27,856 nucleotides of DNA, taken from contig NW_005202176.1 in assembly GCF_000372725.1 (NCBI RefSeq), positions 442,188 to 470,043 of the forward strand, read 5' to 3'. This document shows, piece after piece, positions 10,772-20,395 of the stretch. Position numbers and translations under genes: made by a program. The notes under the pieces are model-generated. The model did not search any database and was not told where the DNA came from. It saw only the letters and a program-made list of their open reading frames with translations. The DNA is from Emiliania huxleyi CCMP1516. Taxonomy: Eukaryota. The stretch's first letter is position 1, and each line of letters starts with the position of its first letter.

Positions 10772-11923
10772 ATGGCCTCCCACCGCATCGGCGCGCGCGT
10801 CGCGGGCCTCTCGCCAGCGCAGCTGTGCGCCATCATCGAGGCGCAGGCGGGCGCGAGCGACGCCGCGCTGCGCGTGGCGGAGGAGCACGCCGCTCGGCTC
10901 GTGGAGCAGCCCGAGTGGGTGCTCTCCGAGGTCCTCCTCTCGCCGGACCTCGCCCCGCACATCCTCGCCCAGCTGCCGATCACGGAGCACGCCGTCAAGG
11001 GCACGTGCCGCGCGTGGCGCCGCGGCTGGAGGGAGACGCTGAAGAAGCGCGAGAGGCCGCGCTTGCTCGTGTTTGGCGGCCAAGACAGGTATAACGATGG
11101 CGAGTTCGTCAACTCGCTGGAGCGGTACGACCCATCCACGAATGTGTGGGAGGAGGAGGCTGTGGCGCCAATGCCTTCGACACGAAACTATGTCAGCACG
11201 GCGGTGCTCGATGGCAAGCTCTACGCGGCGGGCGGCCAAGAGAGTGAGGCTGACAACGCAACTTCCAACCTGGTGGAGCGGTACGACTTGGCTACGAAAT
11301 CGTGGGAGGAGGTGGCGCCAATGGCGACACCACACGAGACTCACGCCATGGCGGTGCTCGACGGCAAGCTGTATGCGGTGGGCGGGCAGGATGCCTTCTA
11401 CAACCTGCTCAGCTCGGTCGAGCGGTACGACCCGGCGACGAATGCATGGGAGGAGGTGGCGCCGATGGCAGAGGCGCGGCATTCTCACGCCGTGGCGGTG
11501 CTCGACGGCAAGCTGTATGCTGTTGGCGGGTACGGCGGTGGCTGCCTCAGCTCGGTCGAGCGGTACGATCCGGCGCTGGACGCGTGGGAGGAGGTGGCGC
11601 CGATGGCGGAGTTGCGGTATGATCACGCCATGGCGGTGCTGGACGGCAAGCTGTACGCGGTGGGCGGATGGAACGGCGGCCACCTCAGCTCGGTGGAGCG
11701 GTACGACCCCGCGTTGGATGCGTGGGAGGCGGTGGCGCCGATGGCAGAGGCGCGGGAGGCTCATGCCGTGGCGGTGCTCGACGGCAAGCTGTACGCCGTG
11801 GGAGGCTGCAACGACGGTGGCGCCAGCAGCTCGCTTGAGCGATACGATCCCGCGACGAACGCGTGGGAGGCGGCTGCGCCGTTGACGACCGCCCGACTTA
11901 TTCATGCCATCACCGTGGCGTAG
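10772..11923 (+). CDS. F-box-like/Kelch-repeat protein (six-blade beta-propeller), intronless
   Basis: ATG at 10772 after a T-rich leader; N-terminal VLLSPDLAPHILAQL...VKGTCRAWR (F-box-like); repeats of AVLDGKLYAVGG...SSVERYDP...WEEVAPM starting at 11201, 11351, 11495, 11633 and 11771, plus a first partial blade. Confidence 0.9.
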   Translation: MASHRIGARVAGLSPAQLCAIIEAQAGASDAALRVAEEHAARLVEQPEWVLSEVLLSPDLAPHILAQLPITEHAVKGTCRAWRRGWRETLKKRERPRLLVFGGQDRYNDGEFVNSLERYDPSTNVWEEEAVAPMPSTRNYVSTAVLDGKLYAAGGQESEADNATSNLVERYDLATKSWEEVAPMATPHETHAMAVLDGKLYAVGGQDAFYNLLSSVERYDPATNAWEEVAPMAEARHSHAVAVLDGKLYAVGGYGGGCLSSVERYDPALDAWEEVAPMAELRYDHAMAVLDGKLYAVGGWNGGHLSSVERYDPALDAWEAVAPMAEAREAHAVAVLDGKLYAVGGCNDGGASSSLERYDPATNAWEAAAPLTTARLIHAITVA

Positions 11924-13639
11924 GGTTCTCTGGAGGGTGGAGGGCAGAGAGGCAAGCAAGGACTTTAACGGACCCCTCCTTCGCCAGTCAGCAGTGTTTG
12001 CCGGAGGGAGGTTGCAGGTTCTAGCAGCGCATTTTGTAAACCGGTGCCCGGCGCCGAACCTGTCGTCGGGCAGCACAGCATTGTAGATCCCTGGGCGAGG
12101 GTAAGGGTAGGTGGAGTTAATGGGACAGGGTAGTACTGAGGGTAGTTCGTTCTCTCTAGCTCGGCCGCTCTTCTAGCTCTTAGCATGAGCTGCGCCCTGT
12201 GTCCGACCCCTTTTGCGCAGCAGGGTGAAATTCTCAAAAAGGTGCAGCACTTCTAGCCGACATCGACAAAAGTCCCTCTCTAGCGCCAGCCCCGCGGCGA
12301 GCGGCCCCGCCGGAGGCGAAGAAAATTTCGCCATCTAGCGCTCGCAACACATAGATTTGTGCATAAATCAACACCTCCAATCTTCGGGGGAGTGACGGAT
12401 AAAGGCGTGCGAAAGCAGCGAATCCAAGTGATGGCCCGCCGCAGGCGAAGAAAATTTAGGGTTGGGGTTCCCCAAAGAACTCTGAGAGGATTTCGGCGGC
12501 CGGCGCGCCGAGCGCACAGCGGTTCGCGCTGCCTGCTCGCGCTGGTTCCACGAGGGCCCGGCAAGGTCCACGGCGGAGCTGGCGGTGGTGGGAGTGGTGG
12601 TAGGAACGAAGGCGCACCTGTCGGCGATTCACCGCCGTTCGTTCCCGTCTCTCAAAGCTGGTTACACCGTCGATGCGCACATCGAGGCGCTCGTGGACGA
12701 GAGAGACGTCGCCTCCTCTTTCGTCCCGGGGCACTGTTCACGCCGGAAGGCCCGTACACTGCCAAGTACATTAGCCTTCATCTCTCCTACCGCCGGCCGG
12801 GAGTGCAGCCGCCACCAGTGAGATTGTCCTCGACGTTGGCACCTGCGAAGTAATGAACAACAGGCAGTGCGTCATATGGCGCTATGATAGCCCTGCGGTG
12901 GACGTCCTCGACGCAGACGAGGCGGAGCTCATCTGCGCGGCGCAGATCGCCGACTGTCTCTCCCTCCCTGCGCGAGTGGTTGCACCGCCCTGGATGAGGC
13001 ATCTGGGCTGGGGCAGGGCCGTTAGTAGAGGAGGGCGACTGAGGGCGCGAGGCCGCCAATCGTCAAAGTCTGCTGCGACTGACTGTCGGTCACTGACTGA
13101 GCAATGAGCAATCGCATCGGCGGTTTCACTCACGCTCACAATCGGGTTACATCCAGGTCTCTGTGCGGGATGTGCTGGGGGGCTGCCCCCCAGTCGATTG
13201 CCGCATAGTTCGTCGATGTAACCCTACCAGAAAGCTGTATTCACACCTACCCTTCCAAAAAAAGAAATGTCCCTGCTTTTGTCGAAGTAACGAAGATCCG
13301 GCGGGTTTATCGGAGCATCACCCAGCAGCACCTTAAACTTTTAGGCCCTCCAAATTCGGGTCGGAGCGTAGCGGAGTGGGCCCCGAGTTTGAAAACAAAA
13401 AAAGGGGCAGACGCTTGCGTCCTTTTCGCCTCCCCGACTCTGTCAACCCGCAGCAAACTCGCCCAGTGGCCCCAAACGACACTTTCCCCCCGGCGCTGGG
13501 TTCTGACGTTAAGAGGTTGCGAGGAGGTTTCTCCTACTGAATTCATGACCCGGAATGACCTAGAAGGCGGCGTTTTCACGGCCGGAGGAGCCGAGAAAAG
13601 CGCTCTGGGCATAGCCGCAGGGCGTCGTGCGGGCTTCGG

Positions 13640-16397
13640 ATGCCCGCGCGCCCGGCGCGCGGGTTGGTCAGCGAGGTTGGGAACCACGCCGTGGTGCGCC
13701 GTGCCTCTCTCGACTACATCTACTTCGGCACCGAGCAGTACCATGAGGTGTCCTATGACATGGGAGGCGCGCAATGCCAATGGCGCGCCCTGCCGCCGGT
13801 GTGTTCCGCGCCCACACACCAGTCGACCTGCTCGTAGGCGAGGTTGGCACGTGTCCGGCGCTCATCGTGTCCGTCTTCTACGAGTGCGACTCGTCCAACG
13901 ACAGCAAGACCGTGCACACCTCTGAGTATGTCTACACGTACTCGTTCCGACACCTCACGGCGTACCTCCTGGGGCTAGCGAGGCCAGACGCACGCGACAG
14001 CAGCGAGGGCTATGAGGTGGGTGATCCTGTGGAGAGCAGGTGGAAGAGCTACTCGGGCGGGTGGCACTCCGGCGTCATCAGCGAGGTGCACCGACCCAAG
14101 CGGCGGCGCGGCGGCGCGGCCGGCGGGCGCGCTGCCGGCCCGCGCTACACTGTCAAGTACACAGAAGACGGCACCTCGGAGACGGACGTGCCGCCTGGCC
14201 GGCTACGGCACGCAGTCTGTCTCTCCAGCATCATGCCCGCCGCGGTGATCGAGTACATGAGGCGCAGCCCGCGTAGCGTGGTCCTGACCAACCACGCAAC
14301 GGCGGCCGACCTCGAGTCGGTGCTCCCCGTGGTGGGCATGCTCGCGCTCGCTGCTGACGATTTGGTGCCCGACGCGGCGGGCGAGCGACCGCGCGCTGCC
14401 GACTGCACATACGAGATCCTCGGCACCCTCGAGTTCGAGTTCGAGAAGGGCTGCCCCTCACGGCCCGTCTCCTTCAAGCAGTACCAGCGCGGCGCGCCCC
14501 TCGCCTCGCTCCTGCCCGAACGCATCGACACGCCGAACGGCGTGAAGAAGCTGATCGACCTCATGCCCGCACCCATCGTCCCGTCTCCCGCCTCGAGCGA
14601 TCGGAGCCGCGCTCCCACCCTCCCGCCTCTCCCGCTCGCGCCTGGGCCAGTGTTGCACGGTGCGTCGTACTGTGGCCCCGCGTCTTGCTGATGCTCCCGC
14701 CCGCCCCAGGCCGCCACCTGCATCCCCCCCTCCCCCCCTCCTTGTGCACCCACCACGCAGGCGAGCAGCTGTCGCTCGAGGTGTGCGACCACCTCGTCCG
14801 GTGCGTGTACTACGAGCGCGACGGAGTTCTCTCGATAGCCTACGGCGTCTCGGCCTCGCCGGAGGGCACCATCTCGGCGCGTCGCATCCTTACGGCGGGG
14901 GAGCTCCCTGCTGTCGTCACGGACCCGGACAGCCTGGCGATGCTCAAAAAGCCGGCCGCAGAGCGCCCGTACTTGCACAAGAACGGCGAGGTCGTCATCT
15001 CCGACATTCCTGTGACGATTGAGCCCTCGCAGGTTCGCGCGGTGGGGGTCTGCACGGCTCCCGCTTTGGTCTTCAACATCGCGCTTGCTCGCGGCGAGGA
15101 GTCTGTCGCCTCCTTCACCTTGGCGCTCTTGGATGGAACCCTCGTGGTGCGCTCAGCCCTCTCCCCTCTCCCCTCTCCCCCTATAGCCACCCTCGAGTGC
15201 CCCTCACCCGGCGTGACCCCGACGCCCACGACAGTGGGCTCGGGTCCCGGAATCTCCATCACACGACCCGCGCTGCCTCCACCCCGCCCCCACAGCTGTA
15301 GCCTCACCTCTGCCACACCTCTTCCCTGGCGTGCAGGCGACGCGCCAGCCGACGCAGCAAGAGGCACGAGCGGGCGAGGTCAACTTCCTCCTGCCCCCCC
15401 TGCAGCGCAAAGCATTGCGGCAAAAAGTGCAGCTCTCCGTCATGGCGCGCTTGCCTAGAATCCCGCCCTTCCTTCCACACACATGAACTAGCCCACCCCG
15501 GCCCCTCTTGCATGTCTCAGGAAAGCATGCTGAAGTACCTCAACTCCGCGAAGGCGATCGCGCCGATGAGGCGCCGAGAGCCCCCCCCCCCACACTAGAA
15601 AAACACAAGAAAGAAAAACACCTGGCCCCCCTCCCATTCAACAAAACACGAGGGGCCTAACAGCCATGTCACTACGTATCCAAGAGGGAGCACAAAGGAG
15701 AGTCTGCATACCGCAAGACGCCTGTGGTGCGGCCCTGGCGGTTGTGAGTTGACAACCTCATTCCCCCCCTCCCCCCACCCCCTCCCCCCCCCCACCCCCT
15801 CCCCCCCCCCACCCCCCACCTCCGTCTCACCCTCCACCCTCCCTCGCTCGTAGGCTTCTCCTGGAGAACTGGTCGGTCCAGAATGCGATGGTGCTACCTT
15901 TCTGGTCGGACTCTTTCCTCCGCTCGGGCAAGGGCGTGTCCGACGCAGACCGAGTGATCTATCGCTACTTCTTCCGCAGCCTCGAGGACTTTGCGCGCAT
16001 CTTCGGCTTCTCCGCCCTCCAGCTGCCTTCCACGAGCAAGGAGCAGCACCGCTTCGCCGAAATCTCCATCTACCCGCTGGGCGACTCCGAGCTCGCGGAG
16101 CTGCGCGCGAGCGACGAGTTCGGCGCAAAGGCCCGCCGCGGGCCTCCATTCAACTCTGCCCACTGGGTAGAGTTCGAGCCGGCGCGCGAGACGCTCACGC
16201 TGTGCGTTGGAGCTGCTATATTTAGTGGCTCCGTGCCGGTCGGAGGTGCCTCGGTGCCCCCGCCTCCCTCTTTCGATGCGCTTGCGGGTGAGCTGAAGTA
16301 TGTGCTGTCCCTTGGGTGGGTGCCTGTGTCGACTCACGCGCCCGGGCTCACTCAGCTGCGTGAGCATGCCTCAGCGATGCCGGGCAGCCGCTTCTGA
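13640..16397 (+). CDS. Uncharacterised 678-aa protein with a Tudor/Agenet-like domain and possible BAH-like segments; 6 exons
   Basis: Exons 13640-13766, 13838-14659, 14761-15146, 15337-15444, 15521-15570 and 15854-16397 join in frame (2037 nt) using GC-AG and GT-AG introns. Tudor-like stretch YEVGDPVESRWKSYSGGWHSGVISEV...YTVKYTEDGTSETDVP. Confidence 0.7.
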
Positions 16398-16484
16398 ATT
16401 ATTTATATTTTGCTTTAATACAACACCATATCTGACCGGGCCAAACCGGAAAAATTACTTTTTCCTCGCCCGCGCTTCAGGGCG

Positions 16485-16960
16485 ATGTCCGTTCTTGTGT
16501 CCGCCTTGCCCACCACCACTCCCTTGCCAGACACGCCGCCGCCCGCCCACCTCCTCTACCTCCCCACGGACCTCCTCGTGCGCGTCGTCTCTCGCTGCGA
16601 CCCCCTCGACATCGCTCGCGTCGCGGCCGTCTCGCTGCTCTTCCACGCCTCGCTCGCGGAGGACGCCATCCGCTTGTGGGCGCAAGAGCGCGGCTTCGAG
16701 CTGCTGGCGCTGCCAGAGGGCGAGGGCTGCGCCGTGTGGTGGCTTTGCGTTGCGGCGCTGCTTCGTGAGTCCAACCCGCCAGCGAGGGCGGCGGCAGCTG
16801 GCGGCACAGCCTCTTCATCGACGGCGTGGGGCGGCTCTCGTCGTGTGGATCTGGCTCTCGTTGTAGTGTGTGGACCAGGTGGCTGTTTTGGGTCGGGCAC
16901 GACGGACGAGCCCCGGCACGGGCGACCGCCTCACACCGCGGCCCCCCGTCGGACTCGGCG
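16485..16960 (+). pseudogene. F-box + RCC1-repeat gene fragment, frameshifted and truncated
   Basis: HLLYLPTDLLVRVVSRCDPLDIARVAAVS (F-box-like). At ~16800 the RCC1-like motif HSLFIDGVGRLSSCG continues in another frame, and no further repeats follow. Confidence 0.7.
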
Positions 16961-17410
16961 ACTGCGCGCCTGCTGCAGCCTGTGCCGGCCCCGAGCTGTC
17001 AGCTGTCGGTGTGCGTGTGTATCAGCCGCCCTTAAAATTCCATATGAGTGGAGCCGACTGCCCGGCGGCCAAGCGCAAGCGCGCGCACGGCACACAGGGG
17101 CGTACACACACCGAGAGGTGCACGCACAAGCGAGACATGAGTCATGACCCTCCGCTCAGCGGAGAGGTCACGTGGCCATGTGACCACGTGTCACCGGGTC
17201 AGGAGAGAGAGAGAGAGTCATCGACAGGACACAGGAGGGGGAGAGACGGGAGAGGGAGGGAGAGGGAGGGAGAGGGAGGGAGGGAAGGAGGGCGTCGCCA
17301 CGGCGGCGGGCGAGTCGCCGAGCTGCGGGAGCTCTACCGGCCGCCCGACATATGCGCCGCTGTTGGCGGGAGGACCGCCTACGGAGGGTCCGGACAGGTG
17401 AGGGGCAGCC

Positions 17411-18679
17411 ATGTGGCAAGTCCCTGCTTACTCACCTTCACCTATGCAAGTGGATCCGAGGGCGCCGTGGGGGTATGGGTTGGGTACGCAGGCGTACTAC
17501 TACGTGGGCACGCCCTACCCCTCGCCTGCTGCTGCGATGGCCGCCACGCCGATGCAAGTTGACCACGGCGCGGCGACGCGTCTCGACTTTGGGTCGCCGC
17601 AGAGCTCAGTTTGCCGCGTCGAGGCGCCGGTGCCACGGCCGGGGAGGAAGGCCGCGCACAGCGGAGGGGCGGCGCGCAGCCCGCTCTCGCAGGTGCCATC
17701 TGCGACCGCTCAGGGAGCGGCGCCGGCGGCTGGAGTGATGCCAGCGGCTGCGGAGGCGGCAGCAGCAGCGGCGGCGGCGGAGGCATCAGTCGCTCAGCGC
17801 ATCGCTGTGGCGGAGGCGCGTGCGAGGGCGGCGGCGGAAGCTGCCGCCGATGGGCGCATTCGAGCGGCCGAGGAGCGCGTGGACGCAGCCGAGACAGCCC
17901 GAGCGAAAGCTGAGGCTGAGTTGGCGGCCTGCCGGCTCGCTGTGAATGAACTCGAGCGGGCGGCTGTGAAGGCCAAGCCGAGCTGCAACCCGAACTACCT
18001 GCCGTCGGAGGCATGCTTTGGCGAGTCGCTGCAAGAGTACAAGCTCGGCAAGAAGGGCCACTACTCTCCACAGCTTCGACGGCACTCCGGCATCCGGCGC
18101 GATCCCAAACACGATCCAGGCCGAATGGACCCAGCTGATGAAAGTCTTCGCGTCCTGGGGTGTGGTAAACTAAAATTCTTTTTTCTTGCCGCGAAACCAG
18201 GAACTCGCGCTCTCTTGTCACGTGCCCGTCGCTGCCCGTCGCTGCTGGTTCCAAGACGCGACGCGCATGAGCAGACGCCACCGTGCGAGAGGCACAGCAG
18301 CCGCCGCTGCGACCGACGGCGCTGCAGCGGCACCGGCTGGTCGCACACGTGGTGCTGCAGCAGCAGCCGCACCGGTCTCCCCCAGTGCGGACGTCCGAGA
18401 CTGGGTAGGGCCTCCCGGCAGCTCGGTGGCCGACACACGCGACTCTCCTGCTCTGGAGCCTCCGCTTCCTCGACAGATGCGGCAACCAGCGCCAGGGAGA
18501 AACAGCGCCAGGAGAAGCGCGACAGACAGGAGCGATTCGGCGGCGCCGCCGCTGCCGCGAAGCCTCAAAAGAAGAAGAGCCGGCGGGGCGGTCGAGGCAA
18601 GCGGGGCCGGCAGGCTGGCGAGGAGCCCCCGAGCCCTCAGCCGCGCCGCAGCCGCCGCCGCGGGGGAGGGGTGCAGTAG
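17411..18679 (+). CDS. Hypothetical ORF with Ala/Glu coiled coil and basic C-terminus; possibly a chimeric or internally deleted element
   Basis: 422-aa ORF; coding-like coiled coil at ~17740-18080 and a K/R-rich end at ~18480-18679, with a non-coding-looking middle (T-rich at 18170-18190). Confidence 0.3.
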   Translation: MWQVPAYSPSPMQVDPRAPWGYGLGTQAYYYVGTPYPSPAAAMAATPMQVDHGAATRLDFGSPQSSVCRVEAPVPRPGRKAAHSGGAARSPLSQVPSATAQGAAPAAGVMPAAAEAAAAAAAAEASVAQRIAVAEARARAAAEAAADGRIRAAEERVDAAETARAKAEAELAACRLAVNELERAAVKAKPSCNPNYLPSEACFGESLQEYKLGKKGHYSPQLRRHSGIRRDPKHDPGRMDPADESLRVLGCGKLKFFFLAAKPGTRALLSRARRCPSLLVPRRDAHEQTPPCERHSSRRCDRRRCSGTGWSHTWCCSSSRTGLPQCGRPRLGRASRQLGGRHTRLSCSGASASSTDAATSAREKQRQEKRDRQERFGGAAAAAKPQKKKSRRGGRGKRGRQAGEEPPSPQPRRSRRRGGGVQ

Positions 18680-19691
18680 AAGAGGGTAATTGGCACCTGC
18701 AGTTGTAAGTACGTGTTGCCATGCACATTTTGCAGCTGCTGCGAATGAAGGACCAGAGGGAGTGGCTGATAGCGGGTGTTGCGTGTGTCTCGCCCCGCAG
18801 CCCCGAGAGGCCGGAGAGCCACCGCACAGCAGTGCACGCCACGGTGGCCGAACTTGTGGCCGATCTGCCACACAGCGCCGGTTGATGTACACTCTGCGTA
18901 CGCAATCGCTGCCGGCTATCGCCTACGGAGGCAGTGCACGCCCTGTCCGCTACGCGATGGCGAGGCAAGCCATCGGCGGCATCAGAGGGCGAGGCAATGG
19001 ATGGCACATCGCACCGTCTCAGAGTCAGACACGCCATGGGCGGAACTAACATGTCAGGCTGTAGACCGTGAGTCGCAAGCTCTGCTCTGCTCTCATAGAT
19101 GGTTGATGGACAATCGGCATGGCGGACGAGCCTCCCCACTCTTCTGGCGTGTTGTGGTCCGCCGGCTTTTCTGGTGTGTTGTGGTGCGACGACCGAGTGC
19201 TGCTCGCTCGAGGGTCGTGAGGTGTGCAGTCGGCTCCATCTCGATGAGCATGCCCCACGCCGAGCGAAGGGTCTTGACGAGTCGCTTGAGCAGGTATTTG
19301 TGTCTTGTCGCGTGCTTCGCACGCGGGTTGACCATTGCGGCATCGCCGAGTTCTTCGTGCGGCTTGCCGTTTGGCGCCTTCTTGCCTGAGCGAAAAGAAT
19401 TGACCCGCGCCTGCGACAAAAGGCGGTCGCACACGCACGATTCACACGACAGACAAGGGGCAGACGACGGCTTCCTAGGCCGTCGTCCTCGCCCCAAAAG
19501 CCGCCGTCCGAATTCCCCTCCTCCGACACCCGCGGCCCCACCAGTCTCGGTGAGCCGTCAGCGCCACGGCCTCGCTCGCGACGAGAGATGGGGAGAGGCA
19601 GACGCCCGAGGGCTAACGACGACCATCGGTTGTGTTCGAAGAGCCTCATGCACTGACAAACCTGGAACGGGGCAGGGTGGAACCTCGCGAT

Positions 19692-20299
19692 CTAGGGAGG
19701 CTCGGCTGGCGCCGGGTGTGGACAGGGGACACCAAAGGCCTTGCTCCATTCCTCTGCCACCACAAGCGTCACTTTCTCCACAATCTTGCCGTCCATTAGC
19801 CGCCACGCTTGGCGGCCGTGGCGGTCCCAACGCATCCCCTCGCCGACACGCGTCCCCTCACGGCCCAGAGCATCGGGGCTGCCCTGGAAGCTGCAGACTT
19901 CAACCTCCCCATTCGAGTAGGTGACAGTCCCCTTGCCACATCGGCGGTCGTCCACCCAGTCTCCGTCATACACTTCACTCACTGCCAGACCCGGGCTGAA
20001 ACCGCCGGTCGAGCGCTGCTCAGCGTCTGCGTCCACTGCTACCGTCAGCAAGAGGGGAGGCTGCCGGCAGACCGTTGTCGAGACCGTAAGGCGCCCGTCT
20101 GGGACTTCCCCGTCTCGGAGTCCAGAGGAGTAGGCGCGGGGTGCCACGCGGTACGACGTTTGCGCATAGCGCCCTTTGCCGTGCCTGGCAGTCAGAGCCT
20201 CAGCACCACCCCTCGCGGCCACTCGCACCGTTGCAGCAGCTCCGACCCCACCACTCCGGCTCCCGACCGCGCGGCGAGCAAGAGGAAGAGCAGGCGCAT
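19692..20299 (-). CDS. MORN-repeat protein with hydrophobic N-terminus; 2 exons
   Basis: Exon 20299-20229 (MRLLFLLLAARSGAG...), 44-nt GT-AG intron with CTGAC, exon 20184-19692. Motifs RHGKGRY, VYDGDWVDDRRCGKGTVTYSNGEV, GEGMRW. Confidence 0.7.
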
Positions 20300-20395
20300 G
20301 AGCCCAAATCTGTTACTCGTTCGCGCGATCAATTTCTTTATTCCCAAGCACCAAGCGCCCACGGCCAGTGACTCTCTCTTGCGACGAGCGCTCCC

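Noticed and set aside
10637..12076. 479-aa minus-strand repetitive ORF
   Set aside because: Antisense of the Kelch repeats.
13351..15660. TTAGGCCC / GGGCCTAA as possible Harbinger ends
   Set aside because: Only 8 bp match, and the right copy lies inside an intron of an intact gene.
15765..15842. Poly-C tracts (G4-capable on the minus strand)
   Set aside because: Ordinary low-complexity intron sequence ahead of an acceptor.
17442..19924. Long ORFs 17442-19649 (-), 18776-19924 (+) and 19093-19497 (-)
   Set aside because: Arg/Ser/Pro-rich with no motifs; expected by chance at this GC content.
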